Origin: an uncultured Lentisphaerota bacterium
Lineage (GTDB): Bacteria > Verrucomicrobiota > Lentisphaeria > Oligosphaerales > CAJXKU01
Direction: 5' to 3'
Assembly: GCA_913055945.1 (NCBI GenBank)
Contig: CAJXKU010000001.1
Coordinates: 1 to 42,760 of the forward strand
DNA length: 42,760 nucleotides
Shown here: piece after piece, positions 20,106 through 30,200 of the stretch
How the letters are laid out: each line of letters begins with the position of its first letter
Numbering within the stretch: position 1 is the first letter of the stretch
Made by a program: the position numbers and the translations under genes
Notes under the pieces: generated by a model
What the model was told of the DNA's origin: nothing
The model's input: only the letters and a program-made list of their open reading frames with translations
Databases searched by the model: none

Positions 20106-20867
20106 ATGTCCGGGGGCAATTACACGAAGGAGCATTCGCAATTGGACAGAAAAGACCGTTCAAGCACAGAACTAAGGCCGATCTCTTATCAGCTCGACTT
20201 CCAGATGCACCCGGCCGGTTCAGTGATGATCCGCTGGGGGCAGACAAGGGTTCTTTGTAGTGTTACCACTCTCAATCGAGTACCTAAGTGGATACTGGAG
20301 CAGAAACTGGAAGGCGGTTGGTTGACAGCCGAATATCGCATGATGCCTGGTGCTACAGCGGATCGCAGCCCCAGGGAATCCGGCGGGGGTGGCCCCGGGG
20401 GACGAAGTCAGGAAATTCAGCGTCTTATCGGCCGTAGCCTGAGAGCGGTGGTGGATCTTGAGAAGATTGGTCAGCGAACCGTCTGTGTGGATTGCGACGT
20501 CATTGACGCTGATGGCGGCACTCGTTGTGCAGCCATAACAGGAAGTTCGGTCGCATTATCCCTGGCATTCGAACGTATGTTCCAGGAAGGAGCGCTCTCC
20601 GCCTGGCCCATGAAAGATCACGTTGCTGCCGTGAGTGCGGGGGTCGTGGACGGGGAAATGCTGCTTGATCTTTGTTATGAGGAAGATGCAGGCGCGGATG
20701 TGGATATCAATATCGTCATGACCTCAAGTAATCGCTACGTGGAGGTACAGGGTACAGCAGAGGGGGAACCTTTTTCGCAGGAGCAGCTGGATGAGATGAC
20801 ATCAGCCGCCCGAGAAGCTATTCCCTCAATCTTTGAGGGACAATCTCAAGCACTTAGAAACAGGTGA
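20106..20867 (+). CDS. rph: Ribonuclease PH
   Basis: GWLTAEY.MMP, GRSQEIQRLIGRSLR, DADGGTRCAAITG, EVQGTAEG. Confidence 0.96.
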   Translation: MSGGNYTKEHSQLDRKDRSSTELRPISYQLDFQMHPAGSVMIRWGQTRVLCSVTTLNRVPKWILEQKLEGGWLTAEYRMMPGATADRSPRESGGGGPGGRSQEIQRLIGRSLRAVVDLEKIGQRTVCVDCDVIDADGGTRCAAITGSSVALSLAFERMFQEGALSAWPMKDHVAAVSAGVVDGEMLLDLCYEEDAGADVDINIVMTSSNRYVEVQGTAEGEPFSQEQLDEMTSAAREAIPSIFEGQSQALRNR

Positions 20868-21853
20868 TATTTATGGGCATTTGTATCGGAAAGCAGCGGA
20901 TGCGCGCGGTTCTGGTTCTGCTGTTTATAGGAGCTACGTTGTCTGTGCCGAGCGAAACGAAAGCGTTTCGACCGAGGGAATCATCGGTAAATATTTATTG
21001 CGGCACGATAGCGAAAATCTCTCGGGACACACAACCCAAAAAAATTGTTTCGCTGGAAGAAGCATTGCGGCAGGAAAAATTCGAGCCGGAAGGCTTGCTG
21101 GGGGGAGAGCTTGTCAACGAAAAACCGCCGCAAGAGGGCTATCAGTACGTGACCCTCACGGTCAAGCTTCATCCGGAGTCAAGTATCGGCCGGAACGACT
21201 ACAGCATACGGACAGGAGAAGGAACGTATGATTGCAAAGGGATGAAAACTTCGAAGGATACTTTTGATCCCCGATTGTGGCAGGTTTCAGCCGGCAAAAC
21301 CACTTTGAACAAGGCCGTAGAGCTACTTTACGAAATTCCCGAAGACTCGGAAGACGTGAAGCTTGTACTGAACTATGATGTACCGGCGGCTAAGGATACA
21401 ATCGAGCTGGCAGAGTCACGGGAGACTGCTCAAAAAGCAGCAGCCGAAGAAGCAGCAGCGGAAGAAGAAGTGAAACCCGCCGAAGAAGGAGAGGCTTCGG
21501 AAAAGACCGAAGCGAAGGATGAAAACGGCGGAGAGAAGCCTGAAGGATCGTCCGACAAAGAGGCCGCCGGGAAAGACGGAGACTCGCAAAAGGATAAAAC
21601 AGAAAAGAAGACTGGCGCGGAACCCTGGAAGCAGGACATGAATGGATATATGTCGGAAGAGGGGCAGGAGGAAGAATCCGGAGGAGAGGGAGACGCAGAG
21701 TCTGATATGGATGAAGAAGACGGATCGGCGGCGGAGGAGGATACACAGGATAACGAGAAGACATCAGAAGATGCCGAGCAGGAAGAAGCTGACAAAGAGC
21801 AGAAAGAGCAAGACGATCAGGGCGAGGATGGAGGGGGAGGCGCCTGGTATTGA
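20864..21853 (+). CDS. Secreted hypothetical protein with long acidic disordered C-terminal tail
   Basis: Signal-peptide-like N-terminus, beta-rich globular part, E/D-rich tail. Confidence 0.75.
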   Translation: MIFMGICIGKQRMRAVLVLLFIGATLSVPSETKAFRPRESSVNIYCGTIAKISRDTQPKKIVSLEEALRQEKFEPEGLLGGELVNEKPPQEGYQYVTLTVKLHPESSIGRNDYSIRTGEGTYDCKGMKTSKDTFDPRLWQVSAGKTTLNKAVELLYEIPEDSEDVKLVLNYDVPAAKDTIELAESRETAQKAAAEEAAAEEEVKPAEEGEASEKTEAKDENGGEKPEGSSDKEAAGKDGDSQKDKTEKKTGAEPWKQDMNGYMSEEGQEEESGGEGDAESDMDEEDGSAAEEDTQDNEKTSEDAEQEEADKEQKEQDDQGEDGGGGAWY

Positions 21854-21887
21854 AGAAAATTTCCCCTCCGCGGAAATGCTGACTTAC

Positions 21888-22709
21888 CTACGTACCACTG
21901 AGCGTTTCGTTCATGCTTCCTTCCCTGTAGCCGGAAAGATCAAGCGTGACGTATTGGAAACCGAGGTTTTTCACTTCGGTTACGATTTCACTCCTGACCT
22001 CAGTGGCCAGGCGCGGAATATCTTCGGCCAATACTTCGATCCGCGCAAGATTGCCGTGGTGGCGTACGCGGTACTGCCGGAAGTTTCGGGCGCGCAGAAC
22101 GTCTTCTGCTTTTTCCACCGCCTGAAGTTTTTCTGCCGTGATTTCCTCCCCGTAGGGGATGCGGCTGGCCAGGCACGCGAAGGTGGCTTTGTTCCAGGTA
22201 GGAAGCCCTTTGGATTGCGAAAGCTCCCGGATTTCTTCCTTATGCAGGTTGTTGTCGTATAGCGGCGAGATAACGCGATGTTCCCGGGCGGCTTTCCACC
22301 CCGGTCTGTAATCGGCTGCATCGTCCGCGGTGGTACCGTCGGCCACGTAGCTTATCCCTTCGGATTCCGCCAGTTTGCCGAGGCTGCTGAACAGTTCGGA
22401 TTTGCAATAGTAGCAACGATCATGGGGATTTTCGCGGAAGCCGGGAATCGCAAGCTCTGAAGTTTCCAGCAGACGATGCCGAATGCCATGTTCTTTCGCC
22501 AGAGCACAGGCCTCATCCCGTTCCCACTTCGGAAATGCCTCTGAGGCCGCGGTCACGGCCAAAGCATACTCTGCGAGTTCTTCGCTGGCAACCTTGGCCA
22601 GAAAAGAACTGTCAACGCCTCCCGAATAGGCTACGAGGATTGAGCCCAAATCCCGTAACTGCTCCCGCAATCGTTGCTCTTTTTCGTTCAATGTGCTTTG
22701 GTTGACCAT
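21888..22709 (-). CDS. larE: LarE-family ATP-dependent sulfur transferase (PP-loop)
   Basis: AYSGGVDS, DRCYYCK, DYRPG, CLASRIPYG, RVRHH, GSMNE; GGAG SD before ATG 22709. Confidence 0.92.
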   Translation of the reverse strand: MVNQSTLNEKEQRLREQLRDLGSILVAYSGGVDSSFLAKVASEELAEYALAVTAASEAFPKWERDEACALAKEHGIRHRLLETSELAIPGFRENPHDRCYYCKSELFSSLGKLAESEGISYVADGTTADDAADYRPGWKAAREHRVISPLYDNNLHKEEIRELSQSKGLPTWNKATFACLASRIPYGEEITAEKLQAVEKAEDVLRARNFRQYRVRHHGNLARIEVLAEDIPRLATEVRSEIVTEVKNLGFQYVTLDLSGYREGSMNETLSGT

Positions 22710-23103
22710 GTCTTCTCCTGGTATGTTCATTTTTCCGATGGGAATATGAGTGTTTACTCTCACTTTGCAAGTTCTAATCAGAAGTACGCTTAAAGCAATC
22801 AGCGAAGAAAGCGAAAAGCTTTTCACAACGCCGCGGGTCAATACTTCCGTTCGTAGTATTCAACGGGTGTTTAGCGGGTTACAGGATGGAAGAATCAAAC
22901 CCGCTTTGTTGTTATATTATCGGAGAATTATGCTGTAGACTGTGTCGCAGCTGTTGAATTGGAACCGTAAAACTGATAAAGCGTGGGGGTATACTTTTAC
23001 GCATCTGCCGGGATCCGCATGGATTAAGCCTGTGAGAACTGACGTCTTTAAAGTATTTGCGAGAAGCCTATCTTTCCGTGCAGGATTATGGAGGACAAAG
23101 TTT

Positions 23104-26100
23104 GTGGAGCGGTTTATTGTTATCTGTCCGAACTGTCAGGGATACAGCTACTTCAGCCAAGTGTACAGCCAGAAGGCTGCCTGTGCTGCGTGCGGCACCC
23201 ACTTTATTGTATCTCCGCCTACCAGTCCGGTAAACCGGTTGTCTTCCGGCGGGTCCTTTATGCCGGCACAGGCGGATTCAGGCTACCAAAGCGAAGAAGA
23301 GACATTCCTGCTGCAACAGCTGGGCCGCGCAGAGCCCGGTGAACACTGGGAAACGGGTGCTGTCATCGACAACATGTACACAGTGGAACGATTTCTTTCA
23401 GATACACCCCGGGCCACTGTATACTGCGCAAGTCACCATTGCTGGGAAGTACCCGTGGTGATTAAACAATTCAAGCCTGCTGCCCTCCCTGAGCCGAGAC
23501 ACCGTGAAATGTTGTTGGATAAACTGGAAAAATGGCGTTCGATGGAGTTGTTTCCTTACGCGGTGACGTGTTATTACTACAGGGACCGCCAACCTTTGCC
23601 GCTGATATTCAGTGAATACGTAAGCGGCGGAAGTCTGGATAACTGGTGTCGCAGCGGGCAATTGTATGAGGGGAGTCAGTCGGAGGTACAGACCCGCCTG
23701 ATAGACTTTGCTTGTCAGCTGCTGCAACAACTCAAGTATATTCACAAAAAGGGCAAACTTCACCTGGATGTCAAGCCCTCCAATGTGTTGATCACACCCG
23801 CGCAAAGCGTAAAACTTACCGGTTTCGGAGCATCGGCTACATTCATTTTTTTCCGATGCGAACTGGAAGCGGTCCGGACGAGGATCGCAGCTCAGGCCCA
23901 CGCAGGGGGAGGTCAAAGGCCGGATCCCGCCGTCCCTGCTATCCGGGTCCCTGCCCACTTGGCCCCTGATCATCTGAGTACGAAAAAGCTTGTGCCCGCC
24001 ACCGATATTTATAATTGGGCCCTGACGGTTCTCGAGATGTTTACCGGCGCACCGACATGGATGACGGGCGGAAGTCCACTGGAAGCCCTGGAGGGCTGCT
24101 TTAACGGGGATACATCCTGCGCAGCTGAGATGCCCCGAAACCTGAAACGGATACTGGAAACATGCCTCTTGCAGGAGCCTGAATCCCGTCCGGCTGAAGT
24201 GAAGGATCTTACCGCCCCGATGGCGGATTTGTACCGTAGCATCAGTGGCCAGCGGTACAGCTTTGTGAAATATAAAGACCGCCGATACCGCGCAGACCGC
24301 CTGAACAACCGGGGTGCCTGCAAGCTGGATCTTGACCGGGTGCAGGAGGCGAGGCACCTGTTCGCCCGAGCACTCCACGCAGATGCTTCTCACGTAGAGG
24401 CAACTTACAACCTGGGGATGTTGCGCTGGCGCATGGGGGAATTGGATGATGAAGACTTTCTCTCACAGTTACAGCATCTGCCGGAGGCGCGGAAAAACAC
24501 CCCGGACGGAACTTGCCTTTTGGCTATGATTCAGGAAGAGCGCGGAGAGTGGCTGGTCGCAAGACGCCTGATTGAACGATTGCCGTCCACAATCTGCAAT
24601 CAACTGAGCATCTCTGCGAAACAGCTGGAAGAACGCCAGAACGATGCAATCGGCAGATTCAAACGGTACACCGCTGACGGCGATGCCGCCGTGCTTGCAA
24701 CAGCGTTAAACCCCAGCGGCCATTATTTGCTTGCCGGAACTATAGACGGGACGCTGCGGTATTGGGATACAGAAACAGGTGCCTCACGCGACTTACCGAA
24801 TTCTGCTGCCGAAGGGATACGGAGCGTTGTTTTTTCCGCTGACGCCCAGGCGGCTTTTGCAGGCACGGTGGGCGGAACGTTGCTTATCCGCGACCTGGGC
24901 AACGGACAAAACAGCTGTGATGTTCCGGCGCACGAGGGCGATATCAACCAGGTCGTGCTCACGCCCGGAGAAACATCCGCCTTTACGTGTGGGGAAGATG
25001 GTATGGTTCTTATGTGGAATCTGCACGACAACACTGTGTTCCGCACATTTCGCAGACATAGTGACCGGGCACGGTCGCTGGCCGTCAGCAGTGACGGTAA
25101 GTGGCTGCTGTCTGCCGGCGCCTGCGATGAGTTGTGGCTGCATGACAGTGAAAGCGGGGAAGTGGTTATTGAGCTGCCCGGCCATGAAGGGCAGATAAAT
25201 TCAGTTGCCTTGAGCCCCGACGGGCGCTGGGCAGTTTCTGCTTCCGATGATCGGACACTGCGGATGTGGTCTACGCGAACCGGTGAATGTGTACGTGAAT
25301 TTCACGGCCATGAACGGGGTGTCCAGAGTGTATGCGGAAATACAACCTTCCTTTGGTTGATCTCCGGAGGCTGGGATAAAACCGTAAAACTTTGGGAAGT
25401 GGCCACAGGCCGGTGCCTCCGCACCATACGGGATCATGATTCGTGGGTCAGTAGCGTGACCATGGACGCTGACGCCACATTGATGGCCTCCGGCGGAGGC
25501 GAAGGCAGCGTCTATCAACGGTATATTTCGCCCATCTGTCAGGAACATCGTTGGCAGAAGAAACCGCATATCGCCATCTGCAGGCCCGAGGCCGAAGAGT
25601 CGGATTCACAGGAAACCTGTGCGCTGGATATGTACGAGGACCTGTTACGGCGTGCCCGGCGGGCTTATCGGCATCGTCGGTATGCTAAGGCTCTTTCCCT
25701 GGCCCGGCAGGCGCGCAAATTACATACAGGCCAGAATGAACCTGAAATCATGAAGCTGTGGCGCGCCCTGACCCCTCACTGCATCCGCACGCGTCTGTTT
25801 AACAGTTGGTTACGATACAGGTCAGACGAGTCTATCGGCGTGGTGGGGGACGTGGACGTCAGTGCTGACGGGCAGACTGTTGTGTCCGCCGGGCACGATT
25901 ACACGGTGCGGGTTTGGGATACGGACAGCGGCACTGTTCTTCGCACACTCACGGGGCACAGCGATATCGTCAGTTGCGTCGCATTGGCTGAGAACGGCAA
26001 GAGAGCGTTCTCCGGCAGTTACGATCAGAATATCCGTGTGTGGAATGTGCGTGCCGGAACTTGTGAAGGATTGTTACAAGGTCATAGCGGTGCGGTGAGC

Positions 26101-26739
26101 AGCGTCGCTTTGACACCCCGCGCGCGCTATCTGTTGTCCGGAAGTTGGGATTACACGCTTCGCCTCTGGTATTTGGAAAGTGGCCGATGCGCCACGACCA
26201 TCACCACCCCGTCGGCGAAGATTACCAGTGTTGATGTCTGCTACTACCACGGGCTTTACGGGGTATCCGGTGCTTATGAACGAGTCGTAAGACTTTGGGA
26301 CCTTACGGAACGGCGCTGTATTCGTACATTCAAAGGCCATAACGGCTATGTATCTTCGGTAGCAATATCTGAGGACGGAAATTTTATCGTATCCGGAAGC
26401 TACGACAGGTCAATAAAGTTGTGGAATGCCGCCACAGGTAAATGTGTCCAAACCTTTGTGGGGCATACAAGCTTCGTGACTGACGTTCTTTTGACACCCG
26501 ATAAGTCATGGGTTATCTCTGCCGCCTATGATCGGACACTGCGAATCTGGGAGGTCAGAACGGGCCGTTGCGTCAAAGTCCTGGAAGGACACGAAGGATT
26601 CGTTTACTGCGTCGCTCACAGTACCAATGGGCGATGGATGATCTCCAGCGGTACGGACATGACTCTGTTATTCTGGGAACTGGATTGGAATCTGGCCAGC
26701 GTAGAAGAAGAAGTTTCCCGCAGACAACAGAGACGGTGA
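23104..26739 (+). CDS. Zinc ribbon - degenerate Ser/Thr kinase - TPR - tandem WD40 protein
   Basis: CPNC..CAAC; HLDVKPSN; TPR-like LNNRG..EATYNLG; many GH...SGS.D.T+++WD repeats in two blocks; GTG 23104 with GGAGG SD. Confidence 0.9.
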   Translation: MERFIVICPNCQGYSYFSQVYSQKAACAACGTHFIVSPPTSPVNRLSSGGSFMPAQADSGYQSEEETFLLQQLGRAEPGEHWETGAVIDNMYTVERFLSDTPRATVYCASHHCWEVPVVIKQFKPAALPEPRHREMLLDKLEKWRSMELFPYAVTCYYYRDRQPLPLIFSEYVSGGSLDNWCRSGQLYEGSQSEVQTRLIDFACQLLQQLKYIHKKGKLHLDVKPSNVLITPAQSVKLTGFGASATFIFFRCELEAVRTRIAAQAHAGGGQRPDPAVPAIRVPAHLAPDHLSTKKLVPATDIYNWALTVLEMFTGAPTWMTGGSPLEALEGCFNGDTSCAAEMPRNLKRILETCLLQEPESRPAEVKDLTAPMADLYRSISGQRYSFVKYKDRRYRADRLNNRGACKLDLDRVQEARHLFARALHADASHVEATYNLGMLRWRMGELDDEDFLSQLQHLPEARKNTPDGTCLLAMIQEERGEWLVARRLIERLPSTICNQLSISAKQLEERQNDAIGRFKRYTADGDAAVLATALNPSGHYLLAGTIDGTLRYWDTETGASRDLPNSAAEGIRSVVFSADAQAAFAGTVGGTLLIRDLGNGQNSCDVPAHEGDINQVVLTPGETSAFTCGEDGMVLMWNLHDNTVFRTFRRHSDRARSLAVSSDGKWLLSAGACDELWLHDSESGEVVIELPGHEGQINSVALSPDGRWAVSASDDRTLRMWSTRTGECVREFHGHERGVQSVCGNTTFLWLISGGWDKTVKLWEVATGRCLRTIRDHDSWVSSVTMDADATLMASGGGEGSVYQRYISPICQEHRWQKKPHIAICRPEAEESDSQETCALDMYEDLLRRARRAYRHRRYAKALSLARQARKLHTGQNEPEIMKLWRALTPHCIRTRLFNSWLRYRSDESIGVVGDVDVSADGQTVVSAGHDYTVRVWDTDSGTVLRTLTGHSDIVSCVALAENGKRAFSGSYDQNIRVWNVRAGTCEGLLQGHSGAVSSVALTPRARYLLSGSWDYTLRLWYLESGRCATTITTPSAKITSVDVCYYHGLYGVSGAYERVVRLWDLTERRCIRTFKGHNGYVSSVAISEDGNFIVSGSYDRSIKLWNAATGKCVQTFVGHTSFVTDVLLTPDKSWVISAAYDRTLRIWEVRTGRCVKVLEGHEGFVYCVAHSTNGRWMISSGTDMTLLFWELDWNLASVEEEVSRRQQRR

Positions 26740-26792
26740 AGACGCGGAGAATATATGGAAAAATCCGGTATTTGCTCCAAAGACAAGGCCCT

Positions 26793-26836
26793 CCAGAACT
26801 CACTTGATGTTGCACGCAACATAAGGTGAGCTCTGG
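26793..26836. terminator. Long imperfect hairpin between convergent genes
   Basis: CCAGA-CTCAC-ATGTTGC / GCAACAT-GTGAG-TCTGG nested inverted repeat; no T-tract. Confidence 0.45.
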
Positions 26837-26937
26837 CCCTCAACGCGCCCCGGAGAGTGACTTACCCAGGGGCACCTCCGCCGGCAGCTTTATCATTACC
26901 CTCCCCTCTCTTACCTGCTCCCCGGCGAAATCCGGCT

Positions 26938-27738
26938 TCATTGCCTTTGGTTTTGTTTGAATGACCGCGGGGAAACTCCGTTATAGCGTCGGAAAACACG
27001 CGAGAAATAGAGCGGATCGTAATAACCTGTTCGACGAGCAACTTCAGCCGTTGAACATCGAGTGAATGTCAAAAGATCCTCAGCGCGCGCCATCTTCTTC
27101 CTTTCATGCAGTTTCTGGACCGATGCGCCGAACCATCGCTTCGCCTTACGGCATAGGGTGGTTTTCGATACGCCGAAATATTCTCCAATACGTGCAAGGT
27201 CAGTGGGTTCGGCGATATGGGCATCAAGATATTCGTCAAGCGTATGGGCGGAGAGACCGGATTCCTGGGGTGCCTGAACGCTGCCCGTCAACGTAACCAG
27301 CGCCTGGACGAGATACGCTTCCCGCCACCCCATCTCATCCGGGAGATCACGAGAAGAAAACTGCCCCATTTGTTTTAGGTAATGGCTGACGTCATATGCG
27401 AAATTATGCGGGAAAAAACAGTCCGCCTGCCGCTTCAGAATATCAGCAGCCATCGATACGGCGTAGTGGCCGTTGAATCGACAATAATAGTGCGTATACG
27501 GACAGGCGGTATCGGAGGCAAGTATACCGGCGTCGCCGGGTGTTACGAGCCCGATCATTCCCCCGGTAACGCTGCGCTTGCCTTCGCTGTTCTCGTAATA
27601 TCCCTGGCCGCTGAGAAATACAGTAAGCATCACGTCTCCACCTTTCGTGCCCGGGGTGGAATGGTACGGGGAGTTGCTGATGAGCCCCGACGTACGAACT
27701 CGGAAGGGAGGCGCTGAAACATTCTGATCATCGTTCAT
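26938..27738 (-). CDS. AraC family transcriptional regulator
   Basis: Cupin-like N-terminus; C-terminal STAEVARRTGYYDPLYFSRVFRRYNGVSPRSF. Confidence 0.93.
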   Translation of the reverse strand: MNDDQNVSAPPFRVRTSGLISNSPYHSTPGTKGGDVMLTVFLSGQGYYENSEGKRSVTGGMIGLVTPGDAGILASDTACPYTHYYCRFNGHYAVSMAADILKRQADCFFPHNFAYDVSHYLKQMGQFSSRDLPDEMGWREAYLVQALVTLTGSVQAPQESGLSAHTLDEYLDAHIAEPTDLARIGEYFGVSKTTLCRKAKRWFGASVQKLHERKKMARAEDLLTFTRCSTAEVARRTGYYDPLYFSRVFRRYNGVSPRSFKQNQRQ

Positions 27739-27749
27739 TTCATCCGTCC

Positions 27750-27814
27750 TGCAAATATTCTCTATGTCATTGCAAATATTGTCGCGTTTGAAGGCTGTTT
27801 CATGAAAATATAAT
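27750..27814 (+). promoter_or_regulatory. AraC-type operator (tandem direct repeats) and -10 element of the GH4 promoter
   Basis: TGCAAATATTCTC (27750) and TGCAAATATTGTC (27771), 21 bp apart; TATAAT at 27809-27814. Confidence 0.7.
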
Positions 27815-27876
27815 AAATACTGTGAGCAGGACAGTTCGATTGAACAAAAATACGATGAATCAAGGAGGAACAAGCT

Positions 27877-29274
27877 GTGCAATCACCAAAAATTGTTGTC
27901 ATCGGCGCGGGGAGTCACTTTTTTGGTCGACCTGTGATATGGAATATGGTCAACAGCGAAATTCTGAAAGGAGGCACTCTTGCGCTTGTTGATACTGATC
28001 CGGACACGCTGAATACGCTCATGGATCTCGCGCGGAAAGCAGTTGATGCGGCGGGTACTCCTACTGTTGTGACAGGCTCTACGGACCGTCGCGAAGTATT
28101 GCAGGACGCCGATTTCGTTGTACTGACATTCAGTGAGCATAATACCCACTACAGATGTATGGATGCGGAAGTATCCTTTAAGCATGGCGTCCGAATGTGT
28201 TCCGCCGATACCATCGGTCCCGGCGGCATTTTCCGTTCTCTTCGGGAAATTCCCCGTGCGCTGGAAATGGCGGAAGACATTAGAGAACTCGCGCCGGATG
28301 CATGGACGATAAACTTCGTCAACCCCACAGCCGTACTCGGTATTGCGCTAAGGCGCTACGCACCTGAGATCCGTTCGTTCGCTATTTGTGATTCTCATCA
28401 TGAACCGTATTATCGGCTGAAAACCCTGAAAAAGCTCGGCATTCTTCCGGAAGACGCCACGGAGATTCCCACAGAGATCGAGCGCAAGCTGGACCTGCAC
28501 GTGATGGGCGTCAATCATTTTACATGGATAACGAAACTCAACTACGACGGAAAGGACTATCTCCCCGAATGGTATCAGAAATTGTTGCAGGAGGCAGAAG
28601 AATCGCTGCAATCGAAAGAAATCGGCGGACCGGATATTGCCCCGGATTCGAAAGGTAAATTCAATCCGGTATATGCGCAGCAACTAATGGAAATGTTTGG
28701 CGCCTATCCGGACATAATCAGCCACACGAAGGAGTACGTACCGTTTTTCCAGGGGTGCGGAACGGAAGATATTTACCCTGAACCGATCAGGGTGTTTGAC
28801 GGCCATCACCGAGCGCAGCTTATGGCTGAGAAGTGGAACGAAACCCAGCAGTTCGCCCGTGGTGAGAAATCGATCGGGGAATTCCTCAGCTCTGGTCAGC
28901 CTGATCACGCAACGGATATCATCGAAGCTGTGTGGGGTAATCTGCGCAAACCTTTTTACATCAATACGCTTAACAGCGGGGCCGTTCCGAACATGGCTGA
29001 TGATGCGTTTCTGGAACTGCGCTGCGATGTGGATATCAATGGCCCGCGGCCCCAGCCTTTAGACCCCATGCCGCGTGGGCTTCTGGGATTGCAGCAAAAC
29101 GTACTGGATACGCATGAGCTTACGGCAGAAGCTGCGGTCAGCTGTGATCGCCATACGCTCCTGCGCGCGATGATGACTGACCCCATTATCCATAATTATG
29201 AAGATGCTAAGAATATTATGAACGAATTGCTCGAACGACAGAGCGACATCCTGCCGACTGAGTGGTACGAGTGA
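27877..29274 (+). CDS. Glycoside hydrolase family 4 (NAD+/metal-dependent; alpha-galactosidase-like)
   Basis: KIVVIGAGS, DTIGPGGIFRSLR, INFVNP, AICD, GVNHFTW; AAGGAGG SD with GTG start. Confidence 0.92.
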   Translation: MQSPKIVVIGAGSHFFGRPVIWNMVNSEILKGGTLALVDTDPDTLNTLMDLARKAVDAAGTPTVVTGSTDRREVLQDADFVVLTFSEHNTHYRCMDAEVSFKHGVRMCSADTIGPGGIFRSLREIPRALEMAEDIRELAPDAWTINFVNPTAVLGIALRRYAPEIRSFAICDSHHEPYYRLKTLKKLGILPEDATEIPTEIERKLDLHVMGVNHFTWITKLNYDGKDYLPEWYQKLLQEAEESLQSKEIGGPDIAPDSKGKFNPVYAQQLMEMFGAYPDIISHTKEYVPFFQGCGTEDIYPEPIRVFDGHHRAQLMAEKWNETQQFARGEKSIGEFLSSGQPDHATDIIEAVWGNLRKPFYINTLNSGAVPNMADDAFLELRCDVDINGPRPQPLDPMPRGLLGLQQNVLDTHELTAEAAVSCDRHTLLRAMMTDPIIHNYEDAKNIMNELLERQSDILPTEWYE

Positions 29275-29420
29275 ACCATGTCAGCATATGGGGTTTTGGC
29301 GGATTTCTGAAAGAGTGCTTCCTGAGCGCATTCTGCATGGGTACATGCTATCTTATCCGTTTCAACAGGAATCGCCTACACAACCGGTAAACCGCAATTC
29401 ACAACTCGACCTGTTCCTGA

Positions 29421-30200
29421 ATGGATACCGAAATTCGTATATTAGGAAGCGGAACAAGCACCGGCATCCCTATGCTCGGCTGCCACTGCGGAACGTGTAC
29501 CTCGAGCGACGCCAGGGATCAGAGAGACCGTTCGAGTATTATGCTTACTGCCGGGGGCAGACATGTTGTCGTGGATACGACACCGGAATTTCGTTACCAG
29601 ATGCTGCGTGCTCAGGTTGACGATATTGAGGCCGTGCTGTTAACGCATCATCACGCTGACCATATTCACGGACTCGATGATCTGCGGCAGTTTACCTTAA
29701 AATCGGGACGTACCATCCCGGTGTACGGGCCGCCGGAATCAATGTCGTGGGTGAAAGAGCACTTCAGTTATATCTGGAACGCACCGCAGGTAGGCGGGGG
29801 GCTGCCGAAAGTGGAAATGGCTGCCATTGAAGGTTGTTTCAGCGTGGCAGGTATACGACTACGTCCCATCCCTGTTAAGCATGGGGTCATGAATATGTAT
29901 GGCTATCGTACAGGAAACTTTGCGTATATCAGTGATGTCTCTGAAATACCTCCGGCGTCCTGGGACTTGCTGACGGGGCTGGATGTCCTGGTGATTGACG
30001 CAGTGCGACGTAAGCCGCATAAGACGCACTTTTGTGTTGATGCGGCCGTGGAGACCGCCAGGAAACTCGAAGTAAAACAGACGTATCTTACACATCTGAG
30101 TCATCATTTACGGCATGAGGACTTAGTGGCGGAGTTGCCGGACGGCATCGAACCGGCTTATGACGGACTGAGCTTCAGGATACAGGCTGATTGCGCATGA
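29421..30200 (+). CDS. MBL-fold metallohydrolase, PhnP-like
   Basis: LGSGTSTGIP..C.C..C, THHHADHIHGLDDLR, YISD, THLSH, AYDGL. Confidence 0.93.
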   Translation: MDTEIRILGSGTSTGIPMLGCHCGTCTSSDARDQRDRSSIMLTAGGRHVVVDTTPEFRYQMLRAQVDDIEAVLLTHHHADHIHGLDDLRQFTLKSGRTIPVYGPPESMSWVKEHFSYIWNAPQVGGGLPKVEMAAIEGCFSVAGIRLRPIPVKHGVMNMYGYRTGNFAYISDVSEIPPASWDLLTGLDVLVIDAVRRKPHKTHFCVDAAVETARKLEVKQTYLTHLSHHLRHEDLVAELPDGIEPAYDGLSFRIQADCA

